Notes under the pieces: generated by a model
The model's input: the letters and a program-made list of their open reading frames with translations, nothing else
Database searches by the model: none
What the model was told of the DNA's origin: nothing
Part shown: one piece after another, positions 1-10,745 of the stretch
Layout: every line of letters starts with the position of its first letter
How positions within the stretch are numbered: the stretch's first letter is position 1
Program-made: the position numbers and the translations under genes
From: Eledone cirrhosa
Lineage: Eukaryota
Assembly: GCA_964016885.1 (NCBI GenBank)
Contig: OZ024740.1
Location: 235,476,001 to 235,540,000, forward strand
DNA length: 64,000 nt
Direction: 5' to 3'

Positions 1-83
1 CAAGCCGTTTTGACAGCTATTTCTGGACCAGAAATAGCCGTCGAAACGGCTTGAGCTCTGCCGTCGGGGTCATACTTTTTCCT
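1..83. mobile_element. Fold-back (palindromic) remnant of a Penelope-type pseudo-LTR, family B, carrying a hammerhead 3' half
   Basis: Palindrome centred on ctggaccag (23-31). Contains GAAA-CGGCTtgagctctGCCG-TC-GGGGTC. Near-identical to 5977-6180 and 8441-8633. Ends in (TA)n. Confidence 0.55.
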
Positions 84-99
84 ATATATATATATATAT

Positions 100-449
100 G
101 TACACGCACATACATATATGTATACAGACATACAGTAGTATGTATATATATATACATACATGCACACATATATATATATGTACGTATGGATTTACCGAAC
201 ATTTATTATAATGCTCGGTGTGTTTGTAAACAAACATCCCGAATTAAGCCGTACAGTGTCTAGCAACCATCGTTGCTCATTTGTTCAACACTGACAAAGG
301 AACGCTGTACTAGTTTCAAGCTTATTAGCTATCGTCAGCAACGTATACCTTCCTGCCAGATGGTTAAACGTCTGAAAGTATATACTTTCCTTATGCATAT
401 TAACGGCTGAGCAATCTAATTTGCATATCGAGTGAGTTAATCGGCCGGG
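100..449 (-). mobile_element. Copy of hammerhead-containing non-coding repeat R2 (retrozyme-like)
   Basis: Homologous to 30761-31148 (+) and 48141-48450 (-). Contains a complete hammerhead motif and no meaningful ORF. Confidence 0.7.
302..344 (-). ncRNA. Type I hammerhead ribozyme (family R2)
   Basis: Minus strand reads ACGTTG-CTGACGA-T-AGCT-aata-AGCT-T-GAAA-CTAG-TA-CAGCGT: stem I, canonical core, stem II, palindromic stem III and GUA cleavage triplet. Confidence 0.85.
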
Positions 450-772
450 ATAGAGCATTGGCCTTGCAATCAAAAGGTTGTGAGTTCAATTCTCAGACCG
501 GGTGATGTGTTGTTTCCTTGAGCAAGACACTTTATTTCACATTGCTCCAGTTTACTCAGCTGTAGAAATGAGATGATAGGAACTGGGGTCCCTATCATTC
601 GACTGCAAAGTGGTCGTGTAGGTTCCACGGCAATAAAGCACCCAGCACTCACTGTAAATGAGGTTGGTGTTAGGAAGGGCATCCAGCTGTAGAAATCAAG
701 CCAGAATCAGTTCCCGTCCTACCCTTGCAAGCAGGGAAAAGCGGACGTAAAATGAAATGATGATGATGATGA

Positions 773-775
<3 letters not shown>
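449..775 (+). mobile_element. tRNA-derived SINE (family 2) with RTE-type 3' tail, 5'-truncated
   Basis: B-box gagttcaattc; central tccttgagcaagacacttta; tail shared with the RTE 3' UTR (aggaagggcatccagctgtagaa); ends in (GAT)n. Full copies at 7056-7399 and 54147-54532. Confidence 0.8.
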
Positions 776-808
<33 letters not shown>

Positions 809-810
809 TC

Positions 811-855
<45 letters not shown>

Positions 856-880
856 TGTCATTATCTATAAAAGGCAGAAT

Positions 881-1069
881 GGTGGATTGGCAGTATCGGT
901 AGAGGGTCGGACGGCATGCTTTGACGTATAGAGTTACGGCCCTTGCCATTCTGAGTTCAAATCCCGCCGAGGTTAACTTTGCCTTTCATCCTTATGGGGT
1001 CGATAAAATAAAGTACCAGTAATGTACTGGGTAATTGCTGGCCTTGTGCCAAAAAGTAGAAACAATTAT
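881..1069 (+). mobile_element. tRNA-derived SINE (family 1, Meta/MESC-like central domain)
   Basis: A-box-like tggcagtatcgg, B-box gagttcaaatcc, gcctttcatccttatggggtcgataaaataaagtaccag core. About 19-bp TSD attatctataaaaggcaga (860-878 / 1065-1083). Confidence 0.8.
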
Positions 1070-1658
1070 CTATAAAAGGCAGATTGTTGTTGTTGTGTGT
1101 GTGTGTGCATGTTCGATGTTTATACATTTGGACAATTTCAAACCGATTCGACTCAGTCTGTACGAATGTTGTAAATGGTCTAACTTAGGTCAAGGACTAT
1201 TTATTTCATTCAAACTCACCCACAATTACGGAAATAATTGATAAAACTAAAAACATGACTCTTTACTCCTCTAATACAATCAGATTACCTCTCTCTACTC
1301 CCCTTCATCAGAGAAAGTTGCAGCATGTATGTAGTTTTATCCAATATAAACATGGAACATGCACACACACACACACAACAACAATCTGCCTTTTATAGAT
1401 AATGATAATGATGATGATTAAACTTACAAACTTTAAGAGAGAGAGAGAGGGAGAGAGAGAACGTTTGTTTTTGAGTATGGAACGGTCAAACATTTATTTA
1501 CTTCAATGACAAAGAGAACTTATTACATTTCATACGAAACAACAATTAATCAAAAGCAACAGATAAATTTATTCAACAACAAAAAAAATAGCGATAAATC
1601 TTTTTTAAAACATCTATCAACGAACGTGGAAGAAAGAAGTATCAGTTCATTTACTATA

Positions 1659-1824
1659 CACTAAACCTGCTAGAAACAGCAGCTAACTCTCCCCCATATC
1701 ACACCCCTCCCTACTGTCTTAAATTTAGAAAACATATCCTCTATGAGGTCACTAAACCTGTTAGAAACAGCAGCTAACTCTCCCCAATATCACACCCCTT
1801 CCTACTGTCTTAAATTTAGAAAAC
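1659..1824 (+). repeat. About 75-bp direct duplication
   Basis: cactaaacctg...aaatttagaaaaca at 1659-1734 and 1750-1824. Confidence 0.7.
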
Positions 1825-2196
1825 ACACATTAGACAACCATGCAGAACAACTCCATCGCAGCTCTGTTGTTCGGCTAGCATCGTTTATGCACGTGTTGCG
1901 CAAGTACTGTGAAACAATAAATTTCAACACTTCTTTGCACAGAGATAATATCCATAGGCGAAACTACAATTGTCACTGCTGGCGCAGCTCCTGCTTCGGC
2001 AGTCCAGGTCTGCAATTCATTCACCCAGTGCCTGGCAGACAAAAAAAGTGCTGCCATAAAATGGGTGGTGCAACTTAACTTTGGTAACTTACTGACCCCG
2101 AGCAACGCCGGGCTTTAATGCTAGTATATATATAAATGAAAAGTATAGAAATTATTGTGAGCAAGAAGCCAACAGTATTTCATAATATAATATATG

Positions 2197-2245
<49 letters not shown>

Positions 2246-2384
2246 GTGTATATATATGTAGGAGGTGAGTTTTATTGTAGTACAATAAAGCAATGCAGAT
2301 ATCGGATAAGAAGCACTCTACAGTTTGTAGGACTGGAGTATACATAATATATAAGATCAAAAGATGGTTAAAGGAGTTCCATGT

Positions 2385-2453
2385 ATTTTATTATGCGCAT
2401 TTCAAAAACAAACATCATCATGCAATAATATTTGTGTTTTCATCAGATAAAAC
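2385..2453 (-). ncRNA. Type I hammerhead in the PLE pseudo-LTR (family H1), intact core
   Basis: GTTTTAT-CTGATGA-long stem II-GAAA-TGCGCA-TA-ATAAAAT. Confidence 0.8.
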
Positions 2454-2562
2454 AGGAGGACATGATATGAAGGCTAAAAAACACTTGTGGATAGTGCAGT
2501 TTTAAATCAACATATGAGAAGTAGTTTTAGATTGATGTGTGATATTGGGAAAAATATTTTAT

Positions 2563-3876
2563 TTGACTATCTTAAATTGCAATATAGTTAACCTTAATAT
2601 TATTAAGAACAATATACGTAATCTCTTTAACCAACATAACCTAAAAATTGAATTTGATAACAGTATCAAACTAGCTAATTTCTTGGATGTATCTCTTAAT
2701 CTTGACACTGGCCTATATTACCCTTACCATAAAAACAATGAGAACCTAAATTATGTTAACTTTAAATCTAACCATCCTACCAATATCAAGAATGCTATAG
2801 TTAGTAATATTGGAAAAAGAATATCTAACATATCTTCTAATAAAAACATCTTTGATGCTAACGCCAATTACTATAATAACGCACTTTCTAAAGCCGGCTA
2901 TCCTGATAAAATCAAATATAATAAAGAAACAAATTCTAGAAGAACTTACAGTAGAATAATTAATCATGATCATTCCAATAACTTTAATAAAAGACCTAGA
3001 TACAAAAACATAATCTGGTATAATGCTCCTTTCTCCATCTCTATTAATAACAATATTCCTAAATTATTCTTTAGTGCCTTAAATAAATGCTTCCCTCCCT
3101 CACATATCTATAGTAAAATATTTAACAAACACACCATAAAATTTTCTTATTCTACATCCTCCAATATTTCCAACATTATCTCTAAACACAACAATAAAAT
3201 ACTAAATACTAAATCTCTTCCTTCCAACACTGAATTTCATAATAACAGTAATAGTACTCCCGACGTCATTGTAAACCCTAGGCTAATTTCTGTAAACCCA
3301 AATACAACGTCAAACACAACTTCGCTAAATGTTCATAATCCAACTCTAAATCAAGAAACTATTATTCCTATCGCAAACAACTTCTCCAATCCAATTCCTT
3401 CTATAGATAACACTAGGTCACTCATTAATAATCTCTCTAATTGCAATTGCAATTGCCCTATTAAAAATAAATGTCCTCTCAACAACCATTGTCTTGATAA
3501 AAACTTAATTTATGAATGTAAAGTTATAACTAACACCAATTCCTTCACCTATTTTGGCTCCACTTCCACCTCTTTTAAAGCTCGTCTCTATAATCATCAT
3601 TCATCTTTTAAATACAAACTTAAAAGAACCAACACGGCTCTCTCAGAACTCATATGGTCCTTGAAAGACAAAAACATTAAATATACCATCTTTTGGAAGA
3701 AGGTTTCTTCTGCGTTTTCATACTTGAACAGCTCTCTATCTAAAATCTGTAATCTCTGCCTAAATGAAAAATTTACCATTATCTCTAATCTAGATTCTAT
3801 AATAAATAGACGAACAGATTTGTTTTCTATCTGCTTGCATAAATTCCATAAGACATTTCACAAAGTATACAGCTAA
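2563..3876 (+). CDS. Penelope-like RT C-terminus/thumb plus C-terminal GIY-YIG endonuclease (5'-truncated)
   Basis: FLDV...YVNFKSNHP...KRISNISS (PLE RT end and thumb); CNCPIKNKCPLNNHC; LIY...YFGSTSTSFKARLYNH (GIY-YIG); CNLC..EK..I...NRR...C.H. Confidence 0.85.
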   Translation: MTILNCNIVNLNIIKNNIRNLFNQHNLKIEFDNSIKLANFLDVSLNLDTGLYYPYHKNNENLNYVNFKSNHPTNIKNAIVSNIGKRISNISSNKNIFDANANYYNNALSKAGYPDKIKYNKETNSRRTYSRIINHDHSNNFNKRPRYKNIIWYNAPFSISINNNIPKLFFSALNKCFPPSHIYSKIFNKHTIKFSYSTSSNISNIISKHNNKILNTKSLPSNTEFHNNSNSTPDVIVNPRLISVNPNTTSNTTSLNVHNPTLNQETIIPIANNFSNPIPSIDNTRSLINNLSNCNCNCPIKNKCPLNNHCLDKNLIYECKVITNTNSFTYFGSTSTSFKARLYNHHSSFKYKLKRTNTALSELIWSLKDKNIKYTIFWKKVSSAFSYLNSSLSKICNLCLNEKFTIISNLDSIINRRTDLFSICLHKFHKTFHKVYS

Positions 3877-4687
3877 TATTCAATTCTTTATCAATTTAGA
3901 ATCTTTTCTCAAAGGCACATATACATACACCTCTTTTAAAATATACCCATCTTCCTACCTTATTTCAAAGGGTATTACACACTCTATAATACTTGTTTAC
4001 TCATTACCCTTACTCTATTTTCACCTTGTAAGATTCTTCGTAACATATACATTTGTTTTGACGCCAGATTATTCATCCTTAACTCATTATTTTTTTCTCC
4101 CCATCATCTAACTCATTCTTAATACATATTAACTCTTTCTTCGCACATATTATCAATTCCTTCAATATACAAACCTTAACTTCACATTATTTTTCTCAAA
4201 TCCTTCAATACACAAACCTTAATAATTTTTTTTCTCTTCGTTAATTTTCAAATTTCCATAATACTTGTAAACACACACACTTTTTGACGTTAGAATATTC
4301 ATCCGCAATTCATTATTCTATTCTCTCTATCATCAAACTTTTTAATCTCAATACATATTAACTCCCTCTCCTTCTTCGTACATATTTTTCCCTTCGTTAA
4401 TTTTCAAATTCTTTTAATTTATACATTATCTTCCAACGGTTTTCAACCTCTCTATGTAAAACAATATATCTTTCTCAGTTATAAAAACTATCTCTTTCTC
4501 TCTATCACCCATCTCTCCCTCTCCACCTTCACTCTCATCTCCTTCCCTTTTTTTCATCCTTTCCACCCCCCTCTCTAAATAAAATATTTTTCCCAATATC
4601 ACACATCAATCTAAAACTACTTCTTATATGTTGATTTAAAACTGCACTATCCACAAGTGTTTTTTAGCCTTCATATCATGTCCTCCT

Positions 4688-4756
4688 GTTTTATCTGATG
4701 AAAACACAAATATTATTGCATGATGATGTTTGTTTTTAAAATGCGCATAATAAAAT
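4688..4756 (+). ncRNA. H1 hammerhead in the 3' pseudo-LTR, GAAA mutated to AAAA
   Basis: Same as 2385-2453 but reads tttttAAAAtgcgca. Confidence 0.65.
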
Positions 4757-4943
4757 ACATGGAACTCCTTTAACCATCTTTTGATCTTATATATTATATG
4801 TATATATATATATACATATATACATATACATATATATATACATATACATATACATACATATATATATATACATATACATACATATACATACATATACATA
4901 CATATATATATCATCATCATCATCATCATTTTACGTCCACTTG

Positions 4944-5016
<73 letters not shown>

Positions 5017-5097
5017 TATACATATATATATATATACATATATATATATACATACATACATATATATATACATATATATATACATACATATATATAC

Positions 5098-5140
<43 letters not shown>

Positions 5141-5194
5141 TACATACATATACATATATATACATACATATATATATATATATACATATATATA

Positions 5195-5747
5195 TGGTGG
5201 CTGCCAACTCGTTTTCGAGTACGGCCACTACTTTATATCCATGTAGGAGAACCCCTACTGATGCGCTGAACGAGTGTGACTTTTTAGTCCAGCCAGCGAC
5301 TTGAAAGCTCTGGTACAAACACTACACTTGTGACAATTATTGACACATAGTGCTGGGCCCATGGTACCATGTGACGACAAATGCAGAGAGATCTCCAGAT
5401 ACAAAGCAATGCCTGTGCCGTGAAGCTTTTATAGTGAGCAAAGGCACTGCACAAAGCCAGTCCCACTCTCTTAACCAAGATGATATTTACCAAAAAGAAG
5501 AACAAGTCAACATCATTGGATACCATCAGGGTTGCAGGTGTTATATCAGAGTTTTCCTTCTCCTAGAATTCTGCCTTGACAAAGGCTAAGGGGTCATCTC
5601 TCCCGGTGATTTTGGATGGCCATTGACTCTTAAGAGCTCCTTTGCCTTTTGACAGGTTTTGTTTTTAGTCCTGCAGGATGTCCAAAGTCACCCTCCTCAC
5701 CAAGAAACCTTGGTGGGGTTGCCAGTTTAGTCGCCAACGACCCGACC
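5195..5747 (-). mobile_element. Non-autonomous element resembling an RTE 5' UTR
   Basis: Minus strand contains aggagaaggaaaactctgat and ends ggcagccacc at the same point as the copies at 5814-5836 and 39955-40345. Confidence 0.5.
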
Positions 5748-5855
5748 ATATATACATACATATATACATACATATATACATACATATATACATACATATA
5801 TACATACATATATGGTGGCTGCCAACTCGTTTTCGATATATACACATATATACAC

Positions 5856-5906
<51 letters not shown>

Positions 5907-5976
5907 CATATATATACATATATATATATATACATATATACATATATATATACATATATATATATACATATATATA

Positions 5977-6180
5977 GGAACTAGTAAGACCCCGACAGCT
6001 GAGCTCAAGCCGTTTCGACGGCTAATTCTGGACTAAATTTAGTCCAGAATTAGCTGTCGAAACGGCTTGAGCTCAGCTGTCGGGGTCTTACTAGTTCCTA
6101 TTACCCACTCTACTACCTCAAGTATTGAGTACTTTGGTGCGTTATGGTCCACCTGGTTCCTTACCACATTTCCTTCGTTA
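5977..6180. mobile_element. Fold-back pLTR remnant, family B, with ~80-nt extension
   Basis: ~120-bp near-perfect palindrome 5977-6098 plus extension to ccttcgtta; flanked by (TA)n. Confidence 0.6.
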
Positions 6181-6195
6181 TACATATATATGTAC

Positions 6196-6226
<31 letters not shown>

Positions 6227-6259
6227 CATATATACATATATATATACATATATATATAC

Positions 6260-6317
<58 letters not shown>

Positions 6318-6318
<1 letters not shown>

Positions 6319-6705
6319 TCATCATCATCATCATCATCAACGTTTAACGTCCGTGTTCCACGCTTGCATGGGTTTGGACGGGGGTAGTCCCACTTGAGGC
6401 AAGAGTGGTTGTCTTGCTCGCATAGGACTGTCTGGCAGGTTTTCTACAGTTGGATGCCCTTCCTAACACCAACCACATTTACAGTGTGGGTCTGGGAGGT
6501 TTTTACCGTGTTGCCTACACGGCCACATTACAGCATGGACTGTGTGTTTTTTTGTCGTGACACCTACACGATCTCATTTGTTTCGGCCTGGATGGCGCGG
6601 CACCAACATAACTTTACATAGAACGGGGTGGTGTGGATGGGGTGGGGGTGGTGGCGGGACGGGGTGTATTTTGTTAGAGATGCCTACTGGCAAGGCGGGT
6701 CTTCT
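6318..6705 (-). mobile_element. RTE LINE subfamily 2, 3' UTR fragment
   Basis: Reverse complement of about 14087-14465; (GAT)n tail. Confidence 0.75.
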
Positions 6706-6733
6706 CTCTCTCTCTCTCTATATATATATATAC

Positions 6734-6868
<135 letters not shown>

Positions 6869-6897
6869 CATATACACACATATATATACATATATAC

Positions 6898-6946
<49 letters not shown>

Positions 6947-7011
6947 CATATATATATATAAATACATATATATATACATATATATATATACATATATATA
7001 TATATAAATAC

Positions 7012-7050
<39 letters not shown>

Positions 7051-7055
7051 CATAT

Positions 7056-7399
7056 GGAGGCACATGGCTTAGTGGTTAGAGCATTGGGCTTGCAATCGAA
7101 AGGTTGTGAGTTCAATACTCAGACCGGGTGATGTGTTGTTTCCTTGAGCAAGACACTTTATTTCACATTGCTCCAGTTTACTCAGCTGTAGAAATGAGAT
7201 GATAGGGACTGAGGTCCCTATCATTCCACTGTAAAGTGGTCGTGGAGGTGCCACGGCAAAAAAGCACCCAGCACTCACTGTAAATGAGGTTGGTGTTAGG
7301 AAGGGCATCCAGCTGTAGAAATCAAGCCAGAATCAGTTCCCGTCCCACCCTTGCAAGCAAGGAAAAGCAGACGTAAAAATGATGATGATGATGATGATG
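7056..7399 (+). mobile_element. Full-length tRNA-derived SINE (family 2)
   Basis: ggaggcacatggcttagtggttagagc (A-box), gagttcaatactc (B-box), RTE-like tail, (GAT)n end. Confidence 0.85.
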
Positions 7400-7436
<37 letters not shown>

Positions 7437-7507
7437 GATATATATATACATATATATTTATATATACATATATATATACATATATACATATATATATATA
7501 TACATAC

Positions 7508-7538
<31 letters not shown>

Positions 7539-7593
7539 CATATATATATATACACATATATATATACATATATATATATACATATATATATAC

Positions 7594-7644
<51 letters not shown>

Positions 7645-7807
7645 TACATATATATATACATATATATATACACATATATATATACACATATATATATACA
7701 CATATATATATATATACATATATATAGCGAAAACCAACCAAACAGTGAGTGTGTTCTGTTATTAATTCTGGCAATATTACGCAAATATGACCCTCCCCAA
7801 ATATAAC

Positions 7808-7864
<57 letters not shown>

Positions 7865-7885
7865 CATATATATACATATATATAC

Positions 7886-7920
<35 letters not shown>

Positions 7921-8033
7921 CATATATACATATATATATACATATATATACATATATACATATATATATATATACATATATACATATATATATACATATA
8001 TATAAAAATAAATAAATACATATATATATATAT

Positions 8034-8270
8034 ACTCTTTTACTCTTTTACCTGTTTCAGCCATCCGGCTGAGGCCATGCTGGGGCACCGCCCTTGTTGC
8101 TACACATTTTATCTCCAGCCTGTATAGGTTGGCCACTGGTGTAGGAGGGAGTTTGTTGCTGCTGCCCTTAGGTTTCCCTCGTGTCTTGCTGTGGGCTCAT
8201 CCGGGATCCTGGATAACAAGGTGTCGAGATGTTTCTTAAAGACATCTGTCGAGATGTTTCTTAAAGACAT
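8034..8270 (-). mobile_element. CR1-group LINE 3' fragment
   Basis: Near-identical to 16973-17190 ([18 protein letters not shown]...TNSLLHQ; GTAAAAGA tail). Confidence 0.85.
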
Positions 8271-8271
8271 A

Positions 8272-8409
<138 letters not shown>

Positions 8410-8440
8410 CATATATATGTACATATATATATATATACAT

Positions 8441-8633
8441 AACGAAGGAAATGTGGTAAGGAACCAGGTGGACCATAACGCACCAAAGTGCTCAATACTT
8501 AGGGTAGTAGAGTGGGTAATAGGAACCAGTAAGACCCCAACGGCTGAGCTCAAGCCGTTTCGACGGCTAATTCTGGACCAGAATTAGCCATCGAAACGGC
8601 TTGAGCTCAGCCGTCGGGGTCTTACTGGTTCCT
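8441..8633. mobile_element. Fold-back pLTR remnant, family B
   Basis: Palindrome 8521-8633 centred on ctggaccag, plus inverted extension 8441-8520. Confidence 0.6.
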
Positions 8634-8655
8634 ATATATATACATATATATATAC

Positions 8656-8688
<33 letters not shown>

Positions 8689-8701
8689 CATATATACATA
8701 C

Positions 8702-8732
<31 letters not shown>

Positions 8733-8746
8733 CATATATACATACA

Positions 8747-8800
<54 letters not shown>

Positions 8801-8843
8801 CACATATATATATACATATATATATATACATATATATATATAC

Positions 8844-8880
<37 letters not shown>

Positions 8881-8881
8881 C

Positions 8882-8912
<31 letters not shown>

Positions 8913-9067
8913 CATATATACATATATATATACATATATATATACATATATATATACATATATATATATACATATATATATACATATATATACATATATA
9001 TATACATATATATACATATATATATATATATATACATATATACATATATATATACATATATATGTAC

Positions 9068-9184
<117 letters not shown>

Positions 9185-9192
9185 CACACATA

Positions 9193-9224
<32 letters not shown>

Positions 9225-9240
9225 CATATATATATATATA

Positions 9241-9283
<43 letters not shown>

Positions 9284-10095
9284 AGTATTAAGGATACTAT
9301 TTATGGTTATGTATGTAATAAAACCTTTAATGGTAATATATTATTTATACAAACCCTAAATAGTGAAAGATAGTCATTAATTACTATCCTATTACCAGTA
9401 AGATAATTACGCTTTAATTCCCCTTAGTCATTCAGACACTTCCGGAATCTAAACAGCTTGATCTATTAATTAAGAACCGACTAGATATGGTTTATAGCTT
9501 GATTATATGCTGAACCATCGTGAATTATACGATAGACACGTGTTCTATATATTGCGTCTCATGGATTATTTGAGTGGTGGTGTGAGCGAAGACAGTGGTA
9601 CGGCTTTGCCTACGATACAATAAGGTTTATAGTATGTTGAAAGTTTTTGATATTTTGGTGTTTCCCTGCATCCGGGACTGTATATCATACAGATGTATGC
9701 GAATAAATGACTTAATAATTCGGCCCACATAATAAGATCAATTGTCTGCTTCAACTGCCTGACCCTGCAAATATCATTCTGACGCACTCTAATCATGTAT
9801 AAATAAGACACGTGTGCATGCTACACGTGAGATTGTTTCATACGCTGACTACTCTAAACTTTCCTCTTGCTTTATCTTCATAGACTGCCAATGCTTCATG
9901 TTTATCTTTATTTTCATTTTTGTTTTTATTTTTATTTTTATTTTTATTTTTATTTTTATCCTGTAACCTTTATATTAAAATTGCCATGCTATATCATTTG
10001 ATGAATGTCACCCCACTGTTGATCAATATGCGCATATGTTTTATATGTCTCTTGGGTTGAAAAGGAGGTCAAGTATGTTATAGATCAGTAAATAG

Positions 10096-10144
10096 TTGCT
10101 CCGAAGAATCCAAACCTCGGTTTGGAGGAAACAATTGTAAGCAA
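10096..10144 (+). ncRNA. Type I hammerhead-like motif with variant core CCGAAGA
   Basis: TTGCT-CCGAAGA-aTCCAAAC-ctcg-GTTTGGAg-GAAA-CAATTG-TA-AGCAA, at the 3' end of a ~900-bp TA-flanked insert (9285-10185). Confidence 0.7.
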
Positions 10145-10194
10145 ATAAATGACTTAAACTGAACTTTGATTATTGTAATCTCTACATATATATA

Positions 10195-10230
<36 letters not shown>

Positions 10231-10275
10231 CACATATATATATATACATATACATATATATATATATATACATAT

Positions 10276-10318
<43 letters not shown>

Positions 10319-10323
10319 CACAC

Positions 10324-10394
<71 letters not shown>

Positions 10395-10442
10395 CATATA
10401 TATATATATAAATACATATATATATATATACATATATATACA

Positions 10443-10540
<98 letters not shown>

Positions 10541-10557
10541 TATATAAATACTAATAC

Positions 10558-10647
<90 letters not shown>

Positions 10648-10661
10648 ATATATACATATAC

Positions 10662-10730
<69 letters not shown>

Positions 10731-10745
10731 TATATGTATATATAT

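Larger units (their letters stand above)
864..2124 (+). mobile_element. Non-autonomous Helitron
   Basis: 5' A|TCTATAAAAGGCAGA followed (after the SINE insertion) by GTT/GT microsatellite. 3' hairpin cccgagcaacgccggg (2097-2112) then CTAG|T. Inverted copy of its 5' end at about 1345-1402. Confidence 0.6.
2260..4795 (+). mobile_element. 5'-truncated Penelope-like retroelement with inverted 5' pseudo-LTR
   Basis: 2345-2562 is the reverse complement of 4578-4795, with an additional ~85-nt extension (2260-2345). RT-thumb/GIY-YIG ORF lies between. Both ends sit in (TA)n. Confidence 0.9.

Noticed and set aside
7056-7130. tRNA genes at SINE heads
   Set aside because: No acceptor stem closure; each continues into a SINE body found in many copies.
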